DNA from: Chrysemys picta bellii
Taxonomy: Eukaryota
Assembly (NCBI RefSeq): GCF_011386835.1
Contig: NC_088793.1
Coordinates: forward strand, 200,384,001 to 200,448,000
DNA: 64,000 nt
Direction of reading: 5' to 3'
The position numbers were made by a program, and so were the translations under genes. The notes under the pieces were generated by a model. The model did not search any database, was not told the origin of the DNA, and saw only the letters and a program-made list of their open reading frames with translations. Positions 23,233 to 37,632 of the stretch are shown in pieces (positions within the stretch are counted from its first letter, which is position 1; each line of letters begins with the position of its first letter).

Positions 23233-26150
23233 CTATATTGGTAAAATATCAGATCTGTATCAAAGAAAGCTGAGAATGAGTCACCACAGCCTGGGGCTTG
23301 TGAAGCTTATAAGCTCCAAAAAGTTGTGAACCACTGGGCCAGGAGGACTTGAGAATAGTCGTAGAGTCAAGAAATTTGTGGAAGCCTACCAGAGCCTAAT
23401 CCTTCTCCCAAGCATCTTCTTTCTACAATAACAGTATTTAACTTGACCTATTTCAAGGATGGAGATATATATACACACAATAAATCCATCAGGAATAACA
23501 AAATACTGAATTCTACATCTGATCAGCCCAAGAAGAAGGGGATGAAATCACATTTTAAGAGTCTGACTTTAAATGAGTCAAAACAATACAGGACTATTCC
23601 AATATATTGTACCTTGTCAGGCGATGTGAATATACACCATGTACAGTTGATGCCACCACTGCTTAACCTCTGAGTACTGCTAACAACAAAAAAGGCAACA
23701 CCACTTCCTGTCGGCCCCCAAGGAACAACTAGAAGTGTTGGTTCTTTTTGTGCAATGCATACAGATCACTTTGGAGACCACAACCAATATCAGGGCAATA
23801 AGATACTGCCTCTGCTCCAAAGAGGTTATGATCTAAATTGGCAAGACAGATAAGGAAACAGGCACTGGTGAAATCCTCACCACCCCACTCCAGCCCCTTT
23901 AAACTAGGTTTAAGGGACAGAGCAGCATAAAGAGTCCTAAAAGCCCCGTATTTAGCTGGGGGTAGATTCCCTAGTGCAGACACTGTGATGACAGCTGTAA
24001 AGCTGCCTCCCAAGGACCCACTGGTGTAGAAGACACACCAGGGGTAGGGCTGGAGGCAAGAGGAGTAGGTTGGGGGCAGGACCACAGCACAGTGGAGATT
24101 CTGAGCAGCACTAGAGTATCCTAGCGAGGCTGTAGTAACTTAAAGAGACCCCAAGGGCTGTCTAAGTTCTTCTGAAGGCCTCTCTAGCCCCAGGAACAGC
24201 ACAAGATAAGGAGGGCACAAAAGTGGCTTAAAGTCACCTTGGCCCCACCTGCCCTGGGCTGCGAGTTCTCACCCACAGAGAAGCGATGTGACTTTCCCAA
24301 GATGCAGTGGCTAAACTCACAGGAGTGCCCAGACCTCCTGGCTCCCAGCCGCACGCAGAAATAGATATGGTGTTGTGACACCACATTACATGAATGCTAT
24401 CGTTTCATACCTACTGCAAGCTTATTATGGAAATACCAAGCAATGCAATCTCTCTTTTTCCTTTTGGTCTCTGGGGAAATATAAAAGGCTATAATCAAAG
24501 ATGAAAAACATTCTTCGCATTTCTGTAAAGTCTTTATTATTAATTTTTTTTAAAGTCTGGTCAAATACTAAACTGAAATACAGAAAAGGATGATGGAACA
24601 AAATGAACATCTTGCTATATTAATTAGGCTATTAAACACAAATGCAAACTGTTTTATTATTTATACATGTGCTAATTACTTTGTGCTCTTAATTCTTGAG
24701 CATCAAAACACTCCTCTCCAAGCAGCACTTTCCAGGGCCCTAGCTTTAAATGCAAATCAGTAAAAATGACTCATTTTGTAAGAGAGGTCCCTAAATACAA
24801 GGCTCTAGGTACGTAAGGAGAGTGAGAGCAATCACGAGATTCAAGCTTATGATTTTAGGGGCCAGCTCCAAACCTCACTGAAATCAATGGAAAGTCGCCA
24901 TCAACTTCAATGGAATTTGGATCAGGGCTCTATATTCACGAAACCCCTGGGACCATAATCAGACCTAGAATAACCAGGCACAAATCCCACTGACCTCAGT
25001 TTCTCTGAAGCTGGTTTAAGGAAAATGCACATGCTCAAAAGAGGGCTGAATTCATTTTATATTTTCTACTCTAATTACCATTCAGTAGCAGTAATTAGTT
25101 CCATAATTCAGGAATTGGGAACGTACACGAGGAAGAAAAAGCACAGGGCTCCGATTCAGGAAAGTACTTCAGCACTTTAAGAATATGCTAAAACTCCTTT
25201 GACTTAATTTAATATTCCCAAAGAGTTTCTCACAGCCTGGAGCTGGGATCATCCTTTGTCAAAGTAATGTACATATTAAAACATTTGTATCATTTTTGGC
25301 AATGTTTGATGAAGCTAGGTAATAACCATTTATGCCTCCTGGGGAAAAAAAATATTTTATTTAGGCAAACAAAAAGTTCTATTTGAAACTTAAAATCACC
25401 AAAAGACATTTACTTGTTTCAGAAATGTGGATAACTGAAGTCAAACCTGGATTCTCTAAATATCCTAGGGAGACACTGATTAAGTCCTGATGAATTGAGG
25501 TTTTGGGTAATCAAGGTAACCTTCAGAGTAATGAAAAAAATGTTAAGAAAGATGACTTTGTATCACGTAAAAGGAAATGCTTAAAACTGAGTTTTGAAAA
25601 ACTGAATTTGTACCATGTACCTGCTTATAACACTCGTCAGCTGTTAGCAACCCCATGTCATAGAAACAGAGGTAGTCAAGCAATTAAGTTCACCTTGTTT
25701 TAGGAAATCCACAAGTCCCTCAAATTATTGAAAAGATGTTCTTTAAATTGTTTAGTCAATAATATCCAGTTTGCTTTTTTGCCCTTTGAAAAGCCTCCCA
25801 TATTTTCAATTCTATGTATGGTACCAAGAGATGATTTGAAAAATGATCACCTACTTTATGTCAGAGGTGGAACTTCTGATGAAAGTGCACTAATAGTTTA
25901 ATATTTCAGAAGAAGAATACTGATCGTGCTGTATACACAGACACAATACACAATGGTTTGGTCTAAAAATATCACACAAATTGAAACTGCCGGTAGAATT
26001 TCAAGTAGGCTGAATGCAATATTCCACACTGCAATTTGCCCACTTCGTTTGCATTAACACTTCTCTGTCAAAAAGTTCCTTGAGATCTTTAATTGTCACT
26101 AATCTTTAATCTGGGAACTCATTTTTACATTTTTATCCAAATGACACAAG

Positions 26151-27808
26151 CACGTATGGACAAAATTTGACAGGCCAAGGCAGAAATTGAGATTAAACTA
26201 GCTAGGGACATAAAGGGTAACAAGAAAATATTTTACAAACACATTAGAAACAAGAGGAAGACCAAGGACAGACTAGATCCATTACTCTGAGGTGGGAAAG
26301 ACAACAACAGAAAATGCAGCAATGGGCTAAGTGTTAAATGACATTTTTGTTTCAATTTTCACCAAAAAGGTTAGCAGTGATTAGACGACTAACATAGTGA
26401 ACATCAGTGTAAATGGGATAGGATCTGGGGCTCAAATAGGGAAAGAGCAATTTAAGATTTACTTAGAAAAGATAGATCTCTTCAAGTCATCAGGGCCTGA
26501 CGAAATACACCCTAGAATACTTAAGAAACTGCCTGAAGAGATCTCTGAGCCATTAACGATTATCTTTGAGAATTCATGGAGGACAGGAGAGATCCCAGAA
26601 GGCAAATATAGTACACATCTAGAAAAGGGGGAATAAGGACAATAAGATAATGGAGCAAATAATAAAACTATCACTTTGTAAGCAGCTAGAAGATAACAAG
26701 GCGATAAGTAACAGTCAACATGGATTTGTCACGAACAAATTATGTCAAACCAACCTAATATCCTTCTTTGACGGAGTAGCAAGCCTTGTGGAAAGGGGAG
26801 AAGCTGTAGATATGTTATATCTTGATTTTAGTAAGGCTTTTGATACTGTCTGACAGGACCTTCTCATATGCAAACTAGAGAAATATAGCCTAGAAGAACC
26901 TACTATATGGTGGGTGCACAACTGGTTGGAAAACTGTACTCAGAGAGTAGTTATTAATGGTTCACTGTCAAGCTGGAAGGGCATATTGAGTGGAGTCCCA
27001 TAGGGATCTGTCCTGCATCCGATTCCATTCAACAACTTCATAAATGGTTTGTACAATGGCACAGAGAGTACACTTATAAAGTCTGCGGACAATACCAAGC
27101 TGGGAGAGGTTGAAGCACTTTGGAGTATGGGATCAGAATTCAAAATTATCTTGACAAACTAGAGAAATGGGCTGAAACAAACAGGATGAAATTCAATACG
27201 GACAAATGCAAAGTACTGCGCTCAGAAAGGAATAATCAACTGCAACAAATACAAAATGGGAAATGACAACTTAGGAGGCAGCACTGTAGAAAAGGATCTG
27301 GGGGTTATGGTGGATCACAAACTGAATGAGTCAACAATGAAACACTGTTTCAAAAAAAACCCAACATCATTCTGGGATGTATTAGCAGGAGTGTTGTAAG
27401 CTGGACAGGAGAAGTAATTCTTTCTCTAGTCATCACTGAGAAGGCCTCAACTGGAGTATTGTGTCCAGTTTTGGGCACCACACTTCAGGAAAGATGTGGA
27501 CAAACTGGAGAAAGTCCAGAGGAGAGCAACAAAAATTATTAGAGGTCTAGAAAACATGACCTACGAGGAAAGATAGAAAAAAATGGGTTTGTTTAGTCTG
27601 GAAAACAGAAGACTGAGGGGGGACATGATAACAGTCTTCAAGAACCTAAAAAGGTTGTTGTAAAGAGGAGGGTGATAAATTGTCCTTATCCACTAAGGAC
27701 AGGATGAGAAGTATTGGGTTTAAATTGTAGCCAGGGAGATTTAGGTCAGAAATTGTTTTTAACTGTAAGGGTAGTTAAGCACTGGATCAATGTACCTAGG
27801 GAGGTTGT
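26151..27808 (+). mobile_element. CR1 LINE ORF2 (RT) fragment, degenerate
   Basis: ORFs with KSSGPDEIHPRILKKL, SQHGF...QTNLISFFD and DMLYLDFSKAFDTV; many stops and frameshifts. Confidence 0.95.
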
Positions 27809-28517
27809 TTTGACTAAAATCCCCCATCCAGGTTTTTTCTGGTCATCAGTCCATTTTTATTTCTTACATTAAACTTTTGTACAGGACTGTTTTCTGCAGT
27901 GAAAGGTGTCAACATGGACATTTTGAAAATCCCAACTGATAGAGCCCCCTTCACACTCCATGTCATTTATTTATTTTTAATTCCTTTACAAAATTTTATA
28001 CTTGTTTTATTTTTCCCGCTCTCCAGTTGGGTCTTTGCAATAAGACAGAAACTGGCTGACTGTAGGGATAACAAGAGAAGTGACTATGCACAGGGAGTTG
28101 CAAAATGCACAGAATAAACAAATTTTTAAAAATTAAAAGGAGAAAAAAATATTGTTTTCCACTAACTGTTTTCAATTCTAATCCGCTTAGGAGTTACTGG
28201 CTATTTAGTATGGTACAGAATTTCTTGGACAAAAAAATGTGATTTTCAATGTCCCTTTAAACAACTGCAAAAGATATTTTAAGATGACATAAGTGGTGAC
28301 TGAATCTTGGTGCTTGTACAGGGTTTAGCCTTCTCCTCAGCACTAAGACAATCGGATCTGTGGAGATAGGAACCCCCTCAGCATAGCTGACAAACTCTGG
28401 CATTGTATCACCAGGGCTTCGTTTTCAGGGGGATGCTGGGCCGGCGCAAGGCAAGAGGCGGGGGAGGGTACTGCAGTTTTCTCCCCCACTATCTGACAGT
28501 CCATCAGATAGCCAAGC

Positions 28518-28623
28518 GGGTGGAGGTAATATTGTTTATTGGACCGACTTCTGTTGGTGAAAGAGACAAGCTTTCGAGCTACAACACAAGTTGGTCCAAT
28601 AAAAAGATATTACCTCCCCCACC
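28518..28623. mobile_element. Penelope-like terminal-repeat fold-back element (internally deleted)
   Basis: GAGGTAATAT...TTATTGGACC / GGTCCAATAAAAAGATATTACCTC inverted ends; a related fragment lies at 28741-28808. Confidence 0.8.
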
Positions 28624-30773
28624 TCATATACCTGATGGACTGTCACCCAGCTGGGGAGAACCCTGCAGGCCCCCAGCTCTTGCATTGCACCCACACAACA
28701 CTTCCCTGAAAACAAAGCCCTGGAAATGAGGGCCAGTTGCTTCTTCTTCAGCAGCAGAGCTCTGTGTGGCAGAAAAGCTTGTTGCCTTCACCAACAGAAG
28801 TTGGTCCACTTATCCTGGGACCAACATGGCTACAATAACACTGCAAACAGCCCATTTGATAGAAATTTTAAGCAGCAATCCCAGGTGACCACTCCTAACT
28901 GCAATTGTTGACCTAGCAGAAGGGCAATCTATTGATGAAGAAAGTCCCTTCTCATCTGATTAGGAACAGGGTAGAAAAAAAAAAAAAGGTGCCTCCTCTC
29001 TTTTTCCCTGAATCGTGAATTTTAATGACTGTTCTGAGTTAGAACTGATCAACTGCTCTACACAGCCGCCTTTTCTTCAGAATAACAAAAAAGGAGATGA
29101 AATCTGTCAAGCTGAATTTCTTCAGTCACCTAGTTTTAAAATATAAAAGAGTCCACAATTACTGATTTTAAATAATGTATAAATGCTACTTGCTATTTCA
29201 CAAAAGTGATTTCTTGACTCAAAATATCTCCCAAATTCACAAAAAGAAAAATGACTTCAATTTCCTTCTGTATTAAAGGCACAGGGACTCTCTCTCTCAA
29301 TTAATGATATATCTGTCAAAAAGTATTGTTTCTATTCGCATAAGATTATTCCAAGCTGTCTCCAAGGCAATCAGCCAACCAGAACTGATCCTTTTGGTGG
29401 AACACTGAACCTTAGGACTGTTTCAATCAATTAGCTTCGAATTGTTCATTAGCAGCGCTTTAATAAATAAAAATATTTGTTCTAGCTTCTGATAAAGCTG
29501 GGCTTAGATGGGTAATCTGGAGTTCGGTTTCTCCACAAAGCGTATTTCATTATTGCTGGCACGTGTATGTTTACAGCATTATCTTCTGAGTGACTCTCCA
29601 ACATTATTTTTAGACAGATGATATTTATTTAAAGCCCTATACATCATTCTGAGTTCTGTAACAAATATCAGATGGGTATCAGGAAATATAAAACAATTCA
29701 TATTATGAACCGTTAAGGGCCAGATCTTTCCTTGCTGTAAGTAGGCCTAACTGCACTGACTGCAATGGAACCATGTCAATTTACCCCAGTGGGTAAGAAT
29801 TCTCCCTTCAGTATATCTAGCTGGCAGGGGAATACAGAAGGGGCATTCTGCAGTCTTTCCTTATTTCTGCCTTTTGAATAATGGGTCATTTATTGTTCAT
29901 CTGCTTCTAATTTGTAAGCATCTAAGCAGAGAGAGATTACAAAAAAAAATCCATTTAATCATACCGTATATCTGTGTCAGTCCCGGCTACATAATCCCAG
30001 AAACTGTTCATTGCTTGAAGTTCACAGACCAGAATAACAGAACAAATGACACATTGTTTTACCTGTGTGCACTGTGGTGTTTTCAACAACAAACATTAGC
30101 TGGCAAGTGTATATAGCATGTCTAATAAGAAGGCTTTTAAACGGGAACTCTTGCTAAGTGTTTCATCGCCTAGTACAGTGTAAATCCTGAGATCTCGGAT
30201 ACAGGAAATTGTCTTTGTTAGACATCTCCATTCTGATCTAAATGTGCCGCGCAATAGGCTCCCAAGAAGAAAGCCTCCATTACATTCCCATTACCACTCA
30301 CATCCTATGTACCAAAGAGCTAAAACTAAAGTTTTGAGTGGGAAGGGAAATCTTAAACGGGGCTTTGAATGGAAACTATAGTAACAAAGTAAGAGGTGAA
30401 ATGGGTTTCCATTATTTAGAATTCAGATTTGTTCATAAAAAATACAGAGTGCACAAAAGAGCAGTTGTTCAGTGAATGCCTAAACCTCTGCAACACCTAG
30501 GGCTCAACGGTACCTTGCCTTATGTGGGGGTGGAAGGCACAATGCTATCAGGAGCTCCCATCGGGGCAGTGCACCTCCACACCACGCTCCCACCTCACTG
30601 GCCTGAGGCTTAATTGCACAACACTCAATGCACAGTAATGACCTCCCAAATGCATCCAAGGGATCAAAACTCATAACGCTTATCTTGTGTGATGGATCTG
30701 AGTGGTACAGATCAGGGCCAGCTCAAGATTCAAACTCTTACAAGTTCAAGAGTGTTTGGACCACTGCCATTTT

Positions 30774-30826
30774 GTGTGTGTGTGTGCACGCGTGCGTGCA
30801 TATGTGCACGAGCGTGCGTGTGTATA
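30774..30826. repeat. (TG)n/(GC) compound microsatellite
   Basis: Directly visible alternating purine-pyrimidine tract. Confidence 0.85.
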
Positions 30827-31379
30827 CGCACTCTAGCACAGTGTTTATATACTCTAACACTGTAAACGGCAGCTACCAACTTTCCCATTTTGGCCAGGAC
30901 TACCCTCAATGTTTTTACCTATTCTTATGTGTCTGCAAGTCCAGCCAAATTCCCAAGCAGTAGGCTCAGTGCTTGAAAAACAAACAGACAAAGAAATTGG
31001 CCTCCAACCAGAAGCTGCTGTGGAGAGGAAAAGGAAATTACGGTCTGCCCCTGTTCCCCTTGACTTCCTGCCTCTGCCACCCCTTCGCACTTGGGCAACA
31101 ACAGACAAATAAGGCAGGGGGAGGGCAGGGAAGGCAGGGGGAGGGCAAGGGGCACCAGCACAGCAGGAGAGTCAGCCCCCAGCCAGCCAGAGCCCAGCTG
31201 GTGGGGGAACAGGAGGAGGACGCGTGGAGCCAGTACAGCACTGGGGAGCAGAATTTGCTGGGCAGCAGGACAAGGGAGAACTGAGGGGAGACAAACAAAT
31301 GGGGAAGAGCAAGCGAGAGGCTGAGGCAAAGGGTGCATCTAAGAGAGAAAGGGTTGGTGGGAAATAAAAGGAGAGGTGG

Positions 31380-32030
31380 GGGGGAGCCGGAAGGGAGGAG
31401 AGCAGAGACGTAGACTGGGCCAAGTCAGAAGAGAGGGAAATGATTTTAGCAGCTGCAGTTTGGATTAACTGGAAAGGGGAGAGCAAAGGAGGAGGTCACA
31501 GTCGGTGAGGCACAAGCTGGCAGAGGCATGGACCAGTGCTTTATCAGTGGCATGGCAGGGAAGGAAGAATGAACGTAGAGACATTACAGAGGAAGAAGTG
31601 ATGTGGTTTATTAAGCACCTACATGTGAAGAAGGCATCAGCAATGAGCCTGGAAGCCTTGATGCTGAGAACAGGAGAGCGCTCAGTGCAGGGCTCAACCT
31701 CAGGAAGTGCTAATGTCTCTCAGGGGTACATTGCCACGAAGGAGTGGGCTGTGGCAGGAGGGGGCCTCAACGCCTGGAGATGAAAAGCACCTCGGTACTG
31801 GAGAAGAAAGCAGGGTGGAAACACTAGTGATTCCCTGATCATGACCCCCTGTGGTTTTTCTGATGACCCAGAGAGGACTGCTGCTGTGACCCAGAGAGGA
31901 CTGTCAGGGAAGCTCAGGAGGTTCATGGGAAGAGGAGACTGAAAACAGAGTTGTTGGAGAAGAGACTGGGGCAATCTGCAGCTCTCCTGAAGTCGACACA
32001 TTGGGAAAACACTCAGTGAGGCTCAGTAGG
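31380..32030 (-). mobile_element. Old L2-type LINE fragment
   Basis: Minus translation LSPFQLIQTAAAKII resembles the L2/CR1-clade ORF2 C-terminal motif LQxIQNAAARLI; purine-rich plus strand. Confidence 0.5.
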
Positions 32031-32548
32031 CTTGGTGTCCTACCTCACAAGGCTTTTGGGGGGGGAGTGGGGCAGGAGAGGAATTTTTTCCCATGACAAC
32101 CCTCTCTGGGGACTGACTGGTTCACATTTTGAGATCGATCTTTGCAAGACAAAGGGCTCAAAAGGTCTAGGGTCTTATTCCCACCCACTCTCCCAAATAA
32201 AAGCCTAGGTCTCCATCAGCCTCTTGCTTTGCTATACTATTTTATGAGTTAATATAACCTTTGAAATAAAACTTTAATCAACTAAATTTCGGTCCTGGGC
32301 ATTAGATCTCAATAAAGGAAGTCCAGTAAACTAACTTTCACTTCTCTCTTCCTTTCATACAGCTGCAAAACAAACCAACAAACCAAAAACATGTTAAAGA
32401 CCTTTTGGATTGTAGTGAGCAGCTGCATTTTTAGGGTGTCATAATTCAAGAACCACTTTTCTGGTTCATTTCAAATTTGGTAGAAAAATGCCATCTTGGC
32501 TCCAGATGTAACCCACCAAGACCAACTTGATTCTTTTGTCCATTTTAG

Positions 32549-32686
32549 ATACGGTACACCACAGCAGCTGTGATAAGACTTCGAAGGAGTCAGAAGAAGA
32601 AACACACTTTAAACTGAATAACCTACAATGACCTGTGGCCACAGTAGATTGAGAAGTGGATAAGATGATTTCTCATACAAATGCAG
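32549..32686 (+). other. Candidate non-coding or UTR exon (138 nt)
   Basis: Acceptor ttgattcttttgtccattttag; consensus donor CAG|GTAAGT; stops in all three frames. Confidence 0.35.
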
Positions 32687-32935
32687 GTAAGTACATAGAA
32701 ATGTAGGTGGGTACATAGAAGATAACACACTGCTGAGCACGAAAGTGGAAGTGTTCGGGAATCAAGTAGTCATGAGAGGCTCCTATTCTGGGCATTGCAA
32801 GCAGTAGACATCTACAGGTTCAGCAGGCAAAATTCACTACTGTTTTTTGAAAAGTGCCTATTGAAGATTGTTGATGTAAATACTTAGGAGGGCACTACAT
32901 GTCCCAAAGGATCATATTGAAAAATAAAGAATTGA

Positions 32936-33056
32936 ATGGGGCTTTAGCTTTCTGCCCTGGGCCCCAGCAAATCTAATGCTGGCCCTGCTTGGTGGACCCC
33001 CTGAAACCTGCTCACGGCGCCACAGTGGGCCCCAGACCCCTGGTTGAGAACCACTG
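32936..33056. mobile_element. hAT MITE right-end fragment
   Basis: Ends in GTTGAGAACCACTG; no left TIR found. Confidence 0.7.
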
Positions 33057-34949
33057 CTCCAAGAGACACAGCACAAAACGTATCGCCTGGGAATGGAGCA
33101 GAGGTGGTTAAGCCACCTCTGCACCTTCACAATACTGGGCTTCTCCAAAGTCCTTGGCATAATCTAGAGAGCCCCGGAGGCCTAGAACTGCGCTACCTGG
33201 AATCTTCATACTGCTGCATCCACAGGCCTGTGCCTGGCACAGCTCCCATGCCACGACATATCCTTGGCAACCTTACAGCTGCCCACTGCAATATTTGCAT
33301 TAGGAGAAACCTCCCCTGGTCAGAACCTGGGCTTTTAGATCCCCTTTAGCTGGTTCAGGCCCTCTTAGGCTGCAAGAAGGAGCTGGAACAAAGGTGAAGA
33401 TTTCACCCTGGGATTGTATTGCAAGACAGAGCAATCCTGCTTAGATCAGCTGTTCCCTAACTCCTCCCTCAGCCATGCTGTTTTTTTAGTGCTTGAGGGG
33501 CACAGGAGGAAAATATTTTGGCAAACTGCCTTTCCCGCATGTTTTTTGATATGTTTATGCCCCCCGCCCCCAGAGCATGCAAATATGCTGACTTGCAGGG
33601 AATAATACTGAGCACAGCATGTGTTTGTATGATTTTTCCTTTCACACTTATCAGGGAACGGCTATTTTGATGATCCTTTTATGGGTATCTTTTTAGATTA
33701 TATCTAAATTCCAAAGGCACACAAAAATGTGAACAAAACAAACTGAGCACACATAAAAGCTCTGAATGATTCAACGTTGTTTTATAATGCAAATGATACA
33801 GGGCCCCAAGATTGGTAAGAAAGTTTCTGACGACATTTCAGCAATACTAAGAAGTTAACATTAATCTAGCCTATTGCTGGTTGTCTATCCATTCTATTCC
33901 CAAAGTGCTTTTGTTCACGGATGCTCAGATCTTTTTGACAAAAAAGCATGTTAGCTTCACTAATGAAAGAAAATCTTGGAGTGTTTGAAATACATCAAAA
34001 GTTTTTAAATGTTATGATTGATAGAGGAGGTTTTTCCATCGGGGAACTGTAAGAACTGGTTGTAAGAGACTTGTCTTGCTAAGAATATGTACTATTGTAG
34101 CTTTTTGTGGCTAGTGTGGGACAAATATATTGAAAACAAATTACCTGCAATCCGTTAAATAAGCACTGATTTGATCTAATATAACCTGCATGGCTGCCAA
34201 AGAATGCCTTGGGAAAAGAGTAAATGCCTCCTATTTCACTAGCTTGAAAACTTTTCTTTTTAATCTTAAGATGATACAGAGCATATCTTTCACTGTTTTA
34301 ACACTATTTCCCCTTTACAATGCCTTAGCGGTAGCAGTAGTAGCAGTCAAATCTTCTATAAAATAGTCCCAATCTCTACTGAAGATCTTCTGGGCCAAAT
34401 TTTCTGCTGCATTCAACTAGCAGCACTGCATTTAGTTACTACATGGAGAGCTATCGCTGCCTGTTCACCTCCCCTGAGTGGCTCCCCCTTCACACCTCCT
34501 TGTCCTCCCTCTCTGCCGCACTGCTTCCCATGGAGAATGCTACCGCTGCTCCTCTGCCCTGCCCAACTAGTCGTGCAGTGGCAGATGGGTCTCTGCACCC
34601 CCAGCTCCACATAGATACAAAGAGAGGGTAGAAATCTGCGAGGCACTGAACACCCAGCTGGGGGATTGGAGTCTGATTTGGTTGCCTGCCTCCTGCCTGC
34701 CCTACAATAGCTGGGAGAGTAGCCCAGTTCCCTGTCCCGAAATGCACTCTTCTGCCGCGGACATGGAGAACGCTAGCAGAGAATTCCCCTGCACAGTGGG
34801 AATTCTCCCTTGGCCATCTCTAACCACTCAGACTTAAGCGTGTTTTTAACGTTAAGCATGTGCTTAAGTGCTCTGCTGAATCTGGGCCAAAGATTCTGTG
34901 ACATTCTATACTTTGGGGGAGTGCCCTGTAACTCCTATATTCATCACGC

Positions 34950-35606
34950 TGCAAGCAACAAGGACACTCGGAAGACTGAAGATTCCAACAGAGGGGACTG
35001 GCCCAGGTTTCAAGGGTGAAACCTGTGTACTATGAACTGCAATATCCAGTGGAGTGAGAAAAACTGTTTAATCTAGATGTTGCCCAGTCTAATAGGGTTG
35101 AGAGTTTAGACTGCGTGCTTATATTTTATTTTATTTTGGTAACTAACGCTGACTTTTTGACTGTCGCTTATAATCACTTAAAATCTATCTTTTGTAGCCA
35201 ATAAATTTGTTTAACTCTTCATCTTTACCATTGAGTTTGCCTGACATGTTTGGTAAATCTGCTCAGGTTTGCAAAGGCTGGTGTATATCCACTTTCCATT
35301 GATGAAGTGGTGAACCAATTAATACATTTGCACTGTTCATCTTGAGCAGTACAAGACAGTATATTTCTGAGGTACAAGGCTGGGAGCTGGGGGGGATCTG
35401 GCTGGTGCCTTTCTCTGTGTGATTCGTGAGTGACTCTGGGAGCATTCATGCAATCTAGCTTGGTGTGGGGCTCCACATGCTGTGGTGCTGAGAGATGACA
35501 GCGCCTGCAGGGGTTTGCTGCTTGTCACTAGCAAATCACTGTGAGAGACAGCCCAGGCTGGAGAGTTAAGGGGGCCCAGCGGTCCCAGGCTGGGGATCCC
35601 ATCACA
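34950..35606 (+). mobile_element. LTR, 5'-truncated
   Basis: AATAAA at 35200; ends in ...CATCACA; R/U5 similar to 37130-37632. Confidence 0.75.
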
Positions 35607-36511
35607 GATCCCAAGCCATTCTTCCTAACAGTGGTTTGCTACATCTTCACCCTGAAAAATATCCCCTCTCTGGCACGGCTGTGAAACATCCTTTGTCTCT
35701 CTACCTGGATCCCTCTCATCCCAGGGGTGGAAGTAATTCAGGGGTGGGTGGGACAACCCCTGCACATATTTAGTCTGTACAGCACTTTGTGCTGTTATCA
35801 TTTGTTTTACAGCACCGACATGCGTGCTAAGCGCTCTATAGGAAATGAAAAAAGACGTGGTCCCAGCCCCCTAAACATCCCAATCATAGGCCATGATCAT
35901 GCAAACCCTGCCACACACAAATAAAGTGATTTTATACATGACCCATTTTATTAGGCTCAGTGGGTGTATGCATATACATGCAAGATTGGGGTCAAAATGT
36001 TAGCCATGACAAAAGTTTAGATGCATACACATCTTGACGGGTTTGTTATTTTTTAATCTGTTTTAAATAATTACAAAGAAAAAATATAGAAGATATAAAA
36101 AATAGTGACTATTTTTGATTCACTTGTGGGAATGAATAGATGATTTTATAGATTTATAGCTAAAAATATATAAGATCTTTAGAGAGAGAGAGAAATTAGT
36201 TATTGCATTTTTACTTCTTACAATATATTTTGATTTCTTTCTAAGCAAAGATTCTTTTTATGTTCAGAAATTTCATTTCTAACACATAAATACATACATT
36301 GCAAAATACAATGGGAAACATATTTCCAGGGAGGGAATTAAGGACCTAAAAAGATATCATAGCTACTACACTCAAAATCTAAACAGAAAAGGCAGTTTAA
36401 ATATCTGTCAAATAGCAAGGCTGACACTAAGGTTCATGGAACATGTCCATTTTGAAAAGCAAGTGGAGAAATGTTCAACAAACAAAAACTAATTTTTTCA
36501 GGATTCATCGG

Positions 36512-37632
36512 TGTGATGGAATACACCTCGTACTCCACCCTACACACTATTGTAATAATCTTTGTACAGAGTATGCCTTGTAAGGTATCGTTTGAAAACT
36601 CATAATTTGCTGATCAGAATTGTCCTGATAAAATAAGTGAGGCAACATTGTAGGTGGAGTTACAAGATTTCCCTGTATGGTGTATTAACCCCACAGCCCT
36701 GCCCAAACCAAAGTTGGCAAACAGGTCTGTCCTAAACAAAGGAATGAGTGCTTGCCTGAATTTGCATGTAAGCAGTAAACAGAGTCATCAAGCAGGAAGG
36801 GAAAAAAAAGGAAGCTCAAACAATTGAGGAAAAAACAGCAGGGAATATCCTTCCACACAGACTCTGTCTCTTGATTCTCAGCTGGAAATTTTTTTTCAAG
36901 TGGGGGGACTTAAACTATAAAAAGCAGAGGCAAATATCCCAAGACATCCTTCTTTATCTCCCTGCTCACTTCATTCTCCACACCTGGGAAGACAAAGGGA
37001 AACAGCCGCTGGACTCAGGGGGAGGGGACCTGACCTGAAAGTCTGATCAGTAGTCTGCTGGAGCATGTGGTGAGAAAGTTTGCTTTGCAACTCAGATACT
37101 TTCTTAAGTAGATACAAGTAAGCCTTTTATCTTTATTTCTCTCATAACCATTTCTGACTTTTATGCCTCATTACTTATACTCACTTAAAATCTCTCTTTG
37201 TAGCTAATAAACTTGTTTTATTGTTCTATCTAATCTTCTGTGTTTAAGTTTAAGTGTTAGGGTCACTCTATTTAAGATAATAGCCTGGCATATTCGTCCC
37301 TTAAAGGAATAATATACCAGCCTATTATCTTAAATAGAGTTAATATATTAGAACTGTCAAGGAGAGGGCTGGGCAGTACAGGACATACATTTCTGGGGGA
37401 AGATTGGAGACTGGGGATGTATTGGGGTCACCCTGCAATATAACCCAGGTCAGAACCAGGGTGTAGCAGGCAGTTACACAAAGACACTCAGGGTGTGACT
37501 TGCATGCTGGAAGGCTGTTTGTGAGCGACCCAGGTGCAAGCTACTACAGCGAGGCATTGTAAGGCACCCAAGGTTGCAGGGCAGGGGTGACACAGCCCCC
37601 CACTGGCCTGAATTGTGCCCCAGTATGTCACA
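36512..37632 (+). mobile_element. Solo LTR (1121 bp)
   Basis: TGTGA...TCACA termini; 5-bp TSD ATCGG/ATCAG; TATAAAAA at 36916; AATAAA at 37206. Confidence 0.88.

Noticed and set aside
30909-31338. Several long overlapping ORFs
   Set aside because: Low-complexity purine-rich sequence depleted of stop codons; no good splice context.
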